From contig JAUVHO010000003.1 in NCBI GenBank assembly GCA_030593295.1, positions 22,164 to 86,163 on the forward strand: DNA of 64,000 bases, given 5' to 3'. The notes beneath the pieces are model-generated. The model was not told the DNA's origin, searched no databases, and worked only from the letters and a program-made list of their open reading frames with translations. Of the stretch, positions 44,526-53,823 are shown one piece after another. The DNA comes from Methanomassiliicoccales archaeon. Lineage in GTDB: Archaea; Thermoplasmatota; Thermoplasmata; RBG-16-68-12; SOIM01. The position numbers were made by a program, and so were the translations under genes. The stretch's first letter is position 1; every line of letters starts with the position of its first letter.

Positions 44526-47500
44526 CTAGTTTTCATCCCCTTGCTCTTCCATCGACTCCTCTTCAACTTCTTCTTCCACTTCCGTCGGAGTCTCGACCGG
44601 TTCTTCCCCCTTCCGTCTTCTGCCAAGCAGAGCTATCACAGCCAATAGAAGGACTATGATGATGACCAGAAAGATCCACCAGTAATCAAGGAAATCAAAT
44701 GGTTTCTCCAGCACTGCCAGTTCTGCCGATTTGATCACTGTGTTCGCTTCTTCATTTCCGGCATTGTCTTCCGCCCTGACTATGAAGTAGTATGTCACAC
44801 CCCTCTCGAGACCTGATATTGTGAATTCCTGCAGGCCCGTCGTGGCGGTCGGAATCACGAAATCAAAAGATGTCTCTGTTTGCGAAACGTAGATGTTGTA
44901 TGTGATAGGATTCGAAGGATCGCTGTTGCATTCAGGGTCATCAGGATCCTCAGCCGCAGTCCATGAGAGGGTTACGTCACCATCGTCATCGTCTGCGAGG
45001 ACAAGATCGAGCCCGCCAAAACTCGGCGGTGAACTGTCAGTTGGAGTAGTCGGCATCGCACTTCGTTCAATTGTGTTGTCTTCTTCATTCCCAGCCGCAT
45101 CTTCAGCTCTCACGACGAAATAATAAGTGACTCCATCTTGAAGGCCAGTTATTTGTATGTTCGTGTCCTGAGTGTTGGCATCTGGATTCAGGAAGTTCTG
45201 TCCCCCTGAGGTTGTGGAGTAGTAGATATAGTACGTAATCGGCACCGATGGGTCGGAATTGCTTTCGATCGTGTCCGGGTCTGTCGCGGCCGCCCAGAAC
45301 AGGTCAACGGCCCCTCCAGTTCCTGCGTCTGAAGCAACAACCAGTCCAGCGAAGACCGGGGGAGTATCGTCCACTGGTGTGGTGGGCATCGCGCTCAACT
45401 CCACTACATTGCTCTCTTGATTGCCCGCAGAATCTCGCGCTCTGACAACGAAGTAATGCATGACTCCGTTCTGAAGGCCGCTCATCTCGATTTGAGTGAG
45501 CTGGGTCGTGGCATCTGGCGAGAGGAAGTCCTGGCCACCGGGTATTGTTGAGATGAACACGAGATATGTAATCGGCAATGACGGGTCTGAATTGCAGTGA
45601 ATCGTGTTTGGATCGGTCGCTGGAGACCACATCAGCGTGACCTTACCATCCGTCTGTGAATCGAAGGCCGAGGTGACGCCTGCGAAAGAAGGCGGCGTGT
45701 CATCTGTGGGAGTTGTGGGAATCGCTGATCTTTCTACAATGTTGAATTCTTGATTGAGTACAGCATCCCTTGCTCTCACGACAAAATAGTATGGTATACC
45801 ATTGGTGAGACCGGTCATATCGATTGTGAGCAGCTGGGTTGTCGCGTTGGGAGACATGAAATCCTGACCGCCCGATGCAGTAGAGTAGAAGATATCGTAG
45901 TTGATTGGCAGTGTAGGATCGGTGTTGCATTCCAGAGTATCTGGGTCTGTGGCCGCCAACCAATCTAGGGTGACCGTTCCTCCGGTACCGGCGTCGATTG
46001 CGAACTGAACCCCAGCGAAGCTCGGAGGCGTCGTATCCACCGGTGTCGTTGGCATCGCACTCACTTCAACTAGGTTGTTCTCCTCGTTTCCAACGGCATC
46101 TTCGGCTCTCACGACGAAGTAGTAGAAGGCCCCATTATCCAGAAAACTCACATTGTACTGCGTGCTCGCCGCGGTCGCATTCGGATTCACGAAGTCCTGT
46201 CCGCCAGGAATCTTCGAGTAGTAGATGTTGTAGGTTATCGGCAAAGAGGGGTCCGAATTACATTCTGGTGTGTCTGGGTCGGCCGCGGCTGTCCAGTTCA
46301 ATCTCACGCTTCCACCCGTGCCCAGGTCAATGGCCGTTGCGAGGCCTGCGAAAGCGGGAGGAGTACTGTCGATAGGTGTTGTGGGAATTGCGCTTAGTTC
46401 AACCAAATTCTTTTCCTCGTTTCCCACTCCGTCTTCCGCGCGGACGACAAAATAATAGTTGGTGCCATCTGTCAGTCCGGTCACTTCATAATTGGTGTTC
46501 TGTGTGGTGACGTTTGGCGACAGAAAATCCTGTCCTCCGGGTATCTCGGAGTAGTAGATGTTGTATGTGATTGGCAATGACGGATCAGAGTTGCTTTCTG
46601 GAGAATCTGGATCAGTGGCAGTATTCCAGCTCAAAGCCACACTGCCTCCTGTACCAGAGTCGGTTGCCGACTGTATCCCTCCGAAACTTGGAGGAAAATA
46701 GTCAAGAGGAGTGGTTGGTATGGCACTTCTCTCTGCCGTATTGCTGTCCTCAAATCCCCAAGTATCTTCCGCTTTTACTACGAAGTAGTGTCTGGTACCA
46801 TTCAGAAGTCCTGAAACCCGGAAGGTGGTCAGTGAAGTGCTGTAATCGGGCACAAAGAAGTTCTGTCCTCCTGAGATGGTGGCTATGTAGATATTATAGC
46901 TGATTGGAGGACTCGGATCCCACGCTGGATTCCAACTGAGAGTTATGTCACCATCTGTGCCATCATCAACCGCTGAAACCAAACCCCCAAAGACTGGAGG
47001 CATAAAATCGTCCCATGTAACCGCATAGTCGTGGAGAACCGGAGTTGAAGCTAGGTTGTTCTGAAAATCCCACAAATCCGCCCTCACTCGTATTGAAGGG
47101 TGAGTCAAAGCATCAATGGAAGCCATCGAGAATTGTGGAGCCAGTATCTGAGGGTATCCCATCACTAGGTTACCAGTTGCTCCGTCCAGAAACGAATAGG
47201 CAACGAAAACGTCTGGACCCACATCAGTCTTGTTGGAGAAAAACTCCAGCCAACCATAGCCGGCGATCGGTCCAATGACTTCGGAAATCACATATCCGTT
47301 TCTTGCGTAGGTCGCCAAGCAGATCCTACCATCGGATGAACTGTCCACGCACCCATACCACGAAGTCGTGACCCAGTTTGAGTCTATCAAGACAGTTCCG
47401 GCGAAGAGATGCGCATCTTCAGGTGTATTCGGAAGCAGATCCAAAGACACACCCTGCTTTGTCCAACTCACTCCTCCGGGAGATGTTGCGTTGCCGATTC

Positions 47501-48368
47501 TCCAGTTGAGGCCATTAGAACCTGAATACCACATATGGTATATCCCCAGAGGATCTTTCGTCACCGTCGGTTCTATCGCTTGGCTACTGTCAAAACTACC
47601 CGGGATGCCGATATCTATTGCCAGACCCTGAGATGTCCAGGCTATACCATCGTTCGATGTGGCATATAGGATTCGATAATTGCCACCGTCATATCCTGCG
47701 TACCACATTTTGTATACGCCCCCCTCTTTTATGACCTCAGGGAAGACAACCCCTCTGTCATCGAGAGGACCTTGAAATCCAATGTTCATCACCATTCCCT
47801 GCCTCGTCCAAACATACCCAGAGGGGGATGTGGCATAGAATATTCTGGCTCCACCTGAACCGAAATCGTCACCAACATACCACATCTTGTACATTCCTCC
47901 GTCTTCGATCACTGTTCCCGCGTAGACTCTATCTTCTTGGCTGGCGTTTGCGCCGATGACTATTCCTTGTCTGTCCCAGTTCCTGCCATCAGCCGAAGTT
48001 GCATATCGTATGAAGCGAGGTTGTGGTGACCCCCCTGAAGTACCTGTGTACCACATCCGCCACGTACCATCAGAGCCCTCCAAGACCTCAGGATAGGCAC
48101 TCGCCAGAAAACTGCTTCCTGGAGGCCCCACATCAAGAAGAATGCCATGCCTGAACCAATCCCAATTACCAGCATCTAGGGTGACATCCCCACCTGCAAC
48201 CACAACGTTGTTCTGTTGGGAGATCTTGGTTGTATCGTCGAAGAGATCTTCCCAGACCCCGGGTTGAGCAAGGGCGCCAAAAGACAGAAACCCAGACGAC
48301 GATAGAACGATCACCAGTGTCAAGCCCACAGCCAGATGGTTAGCTTTGATTGGAGTAGCAACCCTCAT
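44526..48368 (-). CDS. Surface protein D (T-type): signal peptide, split beta-sandwich with a nested five-bladed beta-propeller, 7 FN3 repeats, TM anchor, acidic cytoplasmic tail
   Basis: I prefer the ATG at 48368 (MRVATPIKANHLAVGLTLVIV) because GGAGGAGG lies 7 nt upstream; the track GTG at 48422 adds 18 aa. Architecture is collinear with 40866..44384. Confidence 0.9.
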   Translation of the reverse strand: MRVATPIKANHLAVGLTLVIVLSSSGFLSFGALAQPGVWEDLFDDTTKISQQNNVVVAGGDVTLDAGNWDWFRHGILLDVGPPGSSFLASAYPEVLEGSDGTWRMWYTGTSGGSPQPRFIRYATSADGRNWDRQGIVIGANASQEDRVYAGTVIEDGGMYKMWYVGDDFGSGGARIFYATSPSGYVWTRQGMVMNIGFQGPLDDRGVVFPEVIKEGGVYKMWYAGYDGGNYRILYATSNDGIAWTSQGLAIDIGIPGSFDSSQAIEPTVTKDPLGIYHMWYSGSNGLNWRIGNATSPGGVSWTKQGVSLDLLPNTPEDAHLFAGTVLIDSNWVTTSWYGCVDSSSDGRICLATYARNGYVISEVIGPIAGYGWLEFFSNKTDVGPDVFVAYSFLDGATGNLVMGYPQILAPQFSMASIDALTHPSIRVRADLWDFQNNLASTPVLHDYAVTWDDFMPPVFGGLVSAVDDGTDGDITLSWNPAWDPSPPISYNIYIATISGGQNFFVPDYSTSLTTFRVSGLLNGTRHYFVVKAEDTWGFEDSNTAERSAIPTTPLDYFPPSFGGIQSATDSGTGGSVALSWNTATDPDSPESNSDPSLPITYNIYYSEIPGGQDFLSPNVTTQNTNYEVTGLTDGTNYYFVVRAEDGVGNEEKNLVELSAIPTTPIDSTPPAFAGLATAIDLGTGGSVRLNWTAAADPDTPECNSDPSLPITYNIYYSKIPGGQDFVNPNATAASTQYNVSFLDNGAFYYFVVRAEDAVGNEENNLVEVSAMPTTPVDTTPPSFAGVQFAIDAGTGGTVTLDWLAATDPDTLECNTDPTLPINYDIFYSTASGGQDFMSPNATTQLLTIDMTGLTNGIPYYFVVRARDAVLNQEFNIVERSAIPTTPTDDTPPSFAGVTSAFDSQTDGKVTLMWSPATDPNTIHCNSDPSLPITYLVFISTIPGGQDFLSPDATTQLTQIEMSGLQNGVMHYFVVRARDSAGNQESNVVELSAMPTTPVDDTPPVFAGLVVASDAGTGGAVDLFWAAATDPDTIESNSDPSVPITYYIYYSTTSGGQNFLNPDANTQDTNIQITGLQDGVTYYFVVRAEDAAGNEEDNTIERSAMPTTPTDSSPPSFGGLDLVLADDDDGDVTLSWTAAEDPDDPECNSDPSNPITYNIYVSQTETSFDFVIPTATTGLQEFTISGLERGVTYYFIVRAEDNAGNEEANTVIKSAELAVLEKPFDFLDYWWIFLVIIIVLLLAVIALLGRRRKGEEPVETPTEVEEEVEEESMEEQGDEN
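44727..47000 (-). repeat. Coding tandem array of 7 FN3 repeat units (about 330 nt each)
   Basis: Same unit structure as 41076..43017. Units are positionally orthologous between the two genes (for example unit 4 of both contains 'NYDIFYST'). Confidence 0.85.
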
Positions 48369-48457
48369 ATTTAATCCTCCTCCGCAACATGGATTCAGTA
48401 CGCACCTGATAATATTTCCCACTGATATGCTGTGATTCCAGCCGTACTGGGGAATCG

Positions 48458-48466
48458 TTAAGTATA
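48458..48466 (+). promoter_or_regulatory. TATA-box-like element (TTAAGTATA) upstream of 48513
   Basis: Lies 46 nt upstream of the TTG start and is followed by ATGGGGGA-N6-TTG. Confidence 0.35.
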
Positions 48467-48512
48467 TCGGCCATCTTATGTTGAAATCAGAGAAGGGAAT
48501 GGGGGATGACTG

Positions 48513-50609
48513 TTGAGGGGTACAATCCTTCTGACTGTGCTGTTAGTACTATCGTTTTCTATTCCCGTTCACATCACTGCAGATACCAACGAAGATGATT
48601 CGACTACCAACTGGGGGGAGGGGATTCGCTGGATTAAGATGGGATTGATTGTAGATGTTGGCAACCCTGGGGATCCTGATGACAAGTGTGCATCCGCCGG
48701 CCATGTGATCTTCGACCAAGGTCTTTACAAGATCTGGTACTCCGCATACAATCAACCAACGGCAACCTGGAGCATAATGCATGCCACTTCACCAGATGGA
48801 ATGACATTCACAAAACAGGGGGTCGTACTGCAAGTCGGGGCACCGGGCGAAATGGATGACGACTTCGTTAGAGACTCGATGGTTCTGCGCAATGACGACA
48901 CCGGATTGTATGAGATGTTCTACACAGGTCAGAAGAAAGGGTTGTACGGTTGGAGGATATTCCGAGCGCTATCTACAGACGGAATCAGCTGGCAGAAGTT
49001 GGGCGTTGTGTTCTCAGGAGTAGGAGCTGTCGGTCATCCGCATGTCATCCGAGATTCAAGTGGTTTCTACCGAATGTGGTTCAGTCAATATGACACTGTC
49101 AACTGGAGGATCAGGTATGCCACGTCAAACGACGGTCAGATCTGGATCGACGAAGGTCTCGTTCTCGATATCGGATCCCCAGGCGACCCTGATTCTCTTC
49201 ATGTTTACATGCCCAGCGTCCTGATCGAACCTGATGGAACTCATGTCATGTTCTACAGCACCTCAAACGGGAATCCCTTCAACATTGTGGACATCTACTA
49301 TGCTACATCTCCCACTGGCATGGCAGGTTCATGGATGAGAATCGGATTGGCCATCGAACATGGAGGTCCTGGTGATTACGATGAGGTCCAGGCTATCCGA
49401 CCCATAATAACGAGGAGGCCCAATGGACTGTACGAGTTGTGGTATTCATCCTATGATGGGGTGTATCGAAGACTGATGCTAGCTTTGGGGGCAGTAGATG
49501 TCGCCATCAAGCTTGTGACGAGTGTCGAAAATGATTCGGATGTTCTTCTCAATTGGACTTCTCCGGATTCTCCCTTTATCGATTACTATCTCGTCTATAG
49601 AGCTCCGGACCAAAGATCCTTTGACTTCTCGATGTGGCTTCATAATACCTCCGACGACCCAGACCCTCTCAAGAGAAGTTGGCATGATATGGGAGCCGCC
49701 CTTGAGAACTCGCCCACAGAGTTGTACTATATCGTCAGGGTCGTGTACTCATATGGGGTAATCGGTGTAACCAGCAACACTGCAGGCAAGTGGACAATGA
49801 GTTTCGATGAGGGTATGACTTCATTCTCATTGCCTTTGGAGCCTTTCGAAGTTCATAATGTCAGTTGGTATGCAGAGCAAATCACCCATCTGGACTACAT
49901 TTCCTGGATGAGTTCAGATGACAATTGGATTGTGCATCGGAAGACCATGGACGAAGGTGTGAACGATTCACTCATGCTATTCGGGCAAGGCTATGAATTG
50001 TCTTTCACTTCTTCATCGTCATTCACTTTCTGCGGACTGCCAGGATCGATGGTTAGATTCAAGGAAGGCTTGGGTGACGATATGGATTGGGCGACAAGCC
50101 TCAGGGCAACCGATGACGGCACTTGGGTTGATGTTCACTGGAATCAGACCCCAGGCGCCTCAGAGTACGTTATCCTTCAATCTCACAAGAGTATTGGGGT
50201 GAACGAGCTTAATTCGATTCCCGTTGCCATAGTGCCCAATAGCCAGACATCGTGGGGTTTCGCGGATCCTTTTTACGGACGAATAAGCCGGTATTTCATG
50301 GTTATTGCTGTGAATTCCTCGGGAGCCTGGGGAAGCAGCACGTATAGCGTTGGCATTGAGAGGATCGACATCAGTCCCGGGATCATTTCCCTGGGGCCAC
50401 ATCTAGATTCGCAAAACAAGAAAGACATTCATCGCTTCTGCAGAGAGTATCCATCGGTTGTTGGTGTCGCCTATACCTCGTCCGGTTTATGGAAGTTCCA
50501 TTCATCAGTGATGCCTCCCTCTGCCTACAATACTTGGATTGAGCAAGGTCGTGGTTATCAGGTCTCTGTTGAGTTCTCTAGCGTGACCATCATAGAAATC
50601 GGCTACTAG
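48513..50609 (+). CDS. Surface protein E (X-type): signal peptide, five-bladed beta-propeller, FN3-X-FN3-X stalk
   Basis: The stalk is collinear with 38678..40813 (same C-terminal 'GYQVSV...EIGY'). The propeller sequence is closest to that of 57300..60242. Confidence 0.88.
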   Translation: MRGTILLTVLLVLSFSIPVHITADTNEDDSTTNWGEGIRWIKMGLIVDVGNPGDPDDKCASAGHVIFDQGLYKIWYSAYNQPTATWSIMHATSPDGMTFTKQGVVLQVGAPGEMDDDFVRDSMVLRNDDTGLYEMFYTGQKKGLYGWRIFRALSTDGISWQKLGVVFSGVGAVGHPHVIRDSSGFYRMWFSQYDTVNWRIRYATSNDGQIWIDEGLVLDIGSPGDPDSLHVYMPSVLIEPDGTHVMFYSTSNGNPFNIVDIYYATSPTGMAGSWMRIGLAIEHGGPGDYDEVQAIRPIITRRPNGLYELWYSSYDGVYRRLMLALGAVDVAIKLVTSVENDSDVLLNWTSPDSPFIDYYLVYRAPDQRSFDFSMWLHNTSDDPDPLKRSWHDMGAALENSPTELYYIVRVVYSYGVIGVTSNTAGKWTMSFDEGMTSFSLPLEPFEVHNVSWYAEQITHLDYISWMSSDDNWIVHRKTMDEGVNDSLMLFGQGYELSFTSSSSFTFCGLPGSMVRFKEGLGDDMDWATSLRATDDGTWVDVHWNQTPGASEYVILQSHKSIGVNELNSIPVAIVPNSQTSWGFADPFYGRISRYFMVIAVNSSGAWGSSTYSVGIERIDISPGIISLGPHLDSQNKKDIHRFCREYPSVVGVAYTSSGLWKFHSSVMPPSAYNTWIEQGRGYQVSVEFSSVTIIEIGY

Positions 50610-50687
50610 CTCATTAGACAGACTCAGCGTCAATTCAAGCACAATCTTTATGGCTTGGTTAGGTTTCTTTAGCGAATTGCCAACCGG

Positions 50688-52565
50688 GTGTCTGGAGATT
50701 CCACGTGGGGTATTTGTGGGGTATACGGCTTCGAGGATCGGGCTCCAATCAAGAGAATGTGCTGGTCTCTTCAACATCGTGAGCCAGAAGGTGTCGGATA
50801 TCACGTAGACAAAGACTTGATGCTTGGCCACGATAGACTTGCGATCATCGACCTGCGAACGGGAGATTAACCCATCTACAATGAGGATCGATCATTGTGC
50901 GTCATAGACAATGGAGGAATCTACAATTTCGTGGAGCTACGTCAGGAGCTCGAGAAGAAAGGCCATAAGTTTTACACCAAGCCGGATACGGAAGTTGTTG
51001 TTCACTGCCACGAAGAATATGGCCTGAAGGCCTTTTCGAGATTCAATGGCATGTTTGCAGTCGCCCTATGGGATGATAACAAGAAGGAGCTCATTCTAGC
51101 TAGGGACAGAGATGGTGTGAAACCGTTGTACTATGCTATGCTCAAGGACGATAAGTTCCTGTTCGCCTCCGATCAAGGCCATTCTGCAACACCCAGAGGT
51201 CCCTAGAGAGTTGAACTTGGAAGCTTTTCACTTCTTCGTGAATCTTCGATACCTTCCAAGGGAACTCACAATGTTCAAGGGAATACACAGGCTCCTCCCA
51301 GCTCAGTACGCAGTTATCAGCAAAAAGGGCTTCAAGACTGGCTTCTTTTCACAATACAAGTTCAGACTCTAGAGAAAGAGCGAGGACTTCTTCGTAAAAT
51401 CTCTGCGAAACTACCTGAAACAGGCAGTGAGGCTCCAGATGGTTAGCGATGTGCCAATCGGGATATGTCTGTCTGTAGGGTTGGACAGTAGTGCAATCGT
51501 GGCTTTCGCATCCATGCAAACGGACGAAACCGTAAAGACCTATCGCATGGGATTTGGTGAGGACACAGATGAGATAGAAGAGGCCAACTTCGTGGCGGAT
51601 CACTTCAAGACCGATTATCGAAACCTCATAGTCAAGACCGATCTCTTGAAGGAATATTCCAAAATGATTTAGTGTGCAGATGCACCCAAGAGGATTCTTT
51701 ACCCCTACTACCTTTCTGAGCTTGTAGGTCAGAAAGTAAAGGTCGCCCTGGGAGGTCTGGGTGGGGACGAGCTCTTCGGAGGCTACATCGGGAAATACCA
51801 GTACGCTGAAGACGCAATGAGAAAGAGAAGAACGATCCCCTCAAATGTGAGAAGGAAATTGGCTAGTAGTGCTCAAAACCTGATTGCTTTCCAGTCTTCC
51901 CAAGGTCACTTGTCAGATGACAAGAATCTGGAATACCTAAAGAAAATAAAGCACATTGATAGCAACGTGGACCTTTACCTCAACATTCAGAGCATGGATG
52001 AGGTTCTTCCCAAAAGGTATCTCGAGAGTCTATACGGGACCAAGATGTCGAGAGCAAAGTTTAGGAAATCAGGGAACCGTTCAAACCCTTCTTTAAGTCC
52101 AACAGTCAACTGATGAAGCAATCCATGGAGACCGATTCTCAGGTTAAGATGGTCGACGGTTTCCTCTTTGTTGAGGATGCCATGTTGATGGTCCACTCGT
52201 TGGAGCCCCGGATTCCCTTCTTAGAAAAGAACTTAGTGGACTTCGCTTTTACGATTCCTCCTTCCCTCAAGTGGAAGGATGGAATGGGGAAATACATATT
52301 CAGAAGAGCTATACGGCCCTATCTGCCAAAGGAAGTGTTTCACAAAAAGGAAGCAAGGCTTCGGAAGCAATGTGTTCAGAATGTGCCTGGACGAGATACA
52401 TGAGGTCGCCAGTCAAAGGCTATTGGAAGGGAACATCATCGCTGAAGGACTCATGAGCAAGAAGTTGTCGAAAGGGTTGTTAATCACGAACCTACGCCTG
52501 CCCTAACAAAACACTATTGTCTAGCACTGAGTCTGCTCACATTTGAGATTTAGCATGACATCAAC
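50688..52565 (+). pseudogene. Degraded asparagine synthase-family (asnB-like) amidotransferase gene
   Basis: Homology to 32432..34336 runs through four or more frames. 'ICGVYGF' sits where MCG is expected. In-frame TAA at 50868, TAG at 51370, 51670 and 52551. Frame changes near 51168, 52055, 52345 and 52500. The PP-loop reads 'SVGLDSS' instead of SGGLDSS. Confidence 0.88.
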
Positions 52566-52674
52566 ATGAAGAATGAGAACCTCAGGAAGCCTCGGTTGGA
52601 TGCTTCGAGATACTTCTGAATTCCGGTATCTTCTGAGACTGCAAAAGACTTAAGGTGTTTCTGATATTGACTGG

Positions 52675-53811
52675 TTGACTCTTGACAGGATAGTGATTCA
52701 TGTGGAAAGGCAGATTAAACTGATTGAACCCGTCGTGGGAGATGAGGAATTGTCTCTTATCCGGGAGGTTCTGGAATCTGGATATATGACAGAAGGCCCA
52801 AAGGCCCGAGAGTTTGAGAAGAGTTTTGCGGAATTGGTTGGGGCCAAGCATGCGATAGTAACAACTTCCTGCTCAACTGCGCTTCAGTTGTCAGTCGACA
52901 TACTTGGAGTTGGACCCGGGGACGAAGTAATTGTCCCTGATTTCACCTATCCCGTGACAGCTGATGTGGCTAGACTGAGAGGGGCCAGGGCGGTATTGGT
53001 TGACGTGGACGAAAGCACGTACAACATCGACCCAGATGAGGTCAGGAAAGGTATCACAGATAAGACAGTGGGTATAGTGCCTGTCTCCTTGTTCGGTCAC
53101 CCGCTTGACATGGCTCCTTTGAGGGAGATTGCTCAAGAACACGATTTATTCATCTTGGAAGATGCCGCTTGCAGCACTGGCGCGAGGTTCAATGATGAGA
53201 AGACCGGTTCGATGGCGGACTTGACTTGTTTCAGCTTCCATCCCAGGAAAGTGATCACTACTGGGGAGGGTGGAATGCTGACTACAGACGATGATGAATT
53301 GGCAGAGAAAGCAAGGGAGATGAAGAGATTCGGTATGAGAATGGTGGACGGAAGATCTCTATTCATGACTGTCGGAACCAACTACAAGCTGAGTGATGTT
53401 CTGGCCGCAATTGGCGTGAAGCAGCTTGAGAAAATCGACAGGATCATTGAGAGGAGGCGGGAGTTGGCGGCTGTCTACGATTCCCTCCTTACCGATGTTG
53501 TCCTTCTCAAGAAACCAGCAGTGGATAATCGGGTTTACCATACATATCAGACCTATGCTGCTTTTGTGATCAAGGATGGCGTTCGAGACAGGCTCATCAA
53601 GGACATGGGAGAGAAGGGAATCGAAACGCAAATCGGAACCTACTCACTGCACATTCAGCCGAGTTTCAGTGATGAAACAAGGATTGGAGACCTTGTCCAC
53701 TCGACGAAGCTCTTTGAGAATCTGTTGGCCTTGCCCATGTCCCAATCAATGACCGAAGACGACCAGGAGATGGTTGTCCGAGAAGCAATTGGACTTCTCG
53801 AATCATATTGA
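52675..53811 (+). CDS. DegT/DnrJ/EryC1/StrS-family PLP-dependent sugar aminotransferase
   Basis: 'IKLIEPVVGDEELSLIREVLESGYMTEGPKAREFEKSFAELVGAKHA', 'FSFHPRKVITTGEGGML', 'NYKLSDVLAAIG'. Start uncertain (TTG 52675 or GTG 52702). Confidence 0.85.
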   Translation: MTLDRIVIHVERQIKLIEPVVGDEELSLIREVLESGYMTEGPKAREFEKSFAELVGAKHAIVTTSCSTALQLSVDILGVGPGDEVIVPDFTYPVTADVARLRGARAVLVDVDESTYNIDPDEVRKGITDKTVGIVPVSLFGHPLDMAPLREIAQEHDLFILEDAACSTGARFNDEKTGSMADLTCFSFHPRKVITTGEGGMLTTDDDELAEKAREMKRFGMRMVDGRSLFMTVGTNYKLSDVLAAIGVKQLEKIDRIIERRRELAAVYDSLLTDVVLLKKPAVDNRVYHTYQTYAAFVIKDGVRDRLIKDMGEKGIETQIGTYSLHIQPSFSDETRIGDLVHSTKLFENLLALPMSQSMTEDDQEMVVREAIGLLESY

Positions 53812-53823
53812 GGATGTGATGTA

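Noticed and set aside
41076-47000. Regular roughly 330-nt DNA periodicity, considered as a possible CRISPR-like or satellite array
   Set aside because: The units are long, diverged and in-frame coding FN3 repeats with no short direct repeats or spacers and no cas genes.
50868-52553. Possibility that TAA/TAG are reassigned sense codons (stops align with Gln and Trp positions in the asnB-like region) or that TAG encodes pyrrolysine
   Set aside because: The same region also needs four or more frameshifts to stay aligned and has a damaged PP-loop. TAG also terminates clearly intact genes in this window (1189..1635, ftsY, 62607..63821). Ordinary pseudogene decay by TGG->TAG and CAA->TAA transitions explains it.
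53809-53811. TGA between DegT and the epimerase as a selenocysteine codon
   Set aside because: The position lies in a linker between two normally separate enzymes, not at a redox-active Cys-equivalent site. I see no SECIS-like hairpin to point to. It is kept only as a low-probability alternative within the finding.
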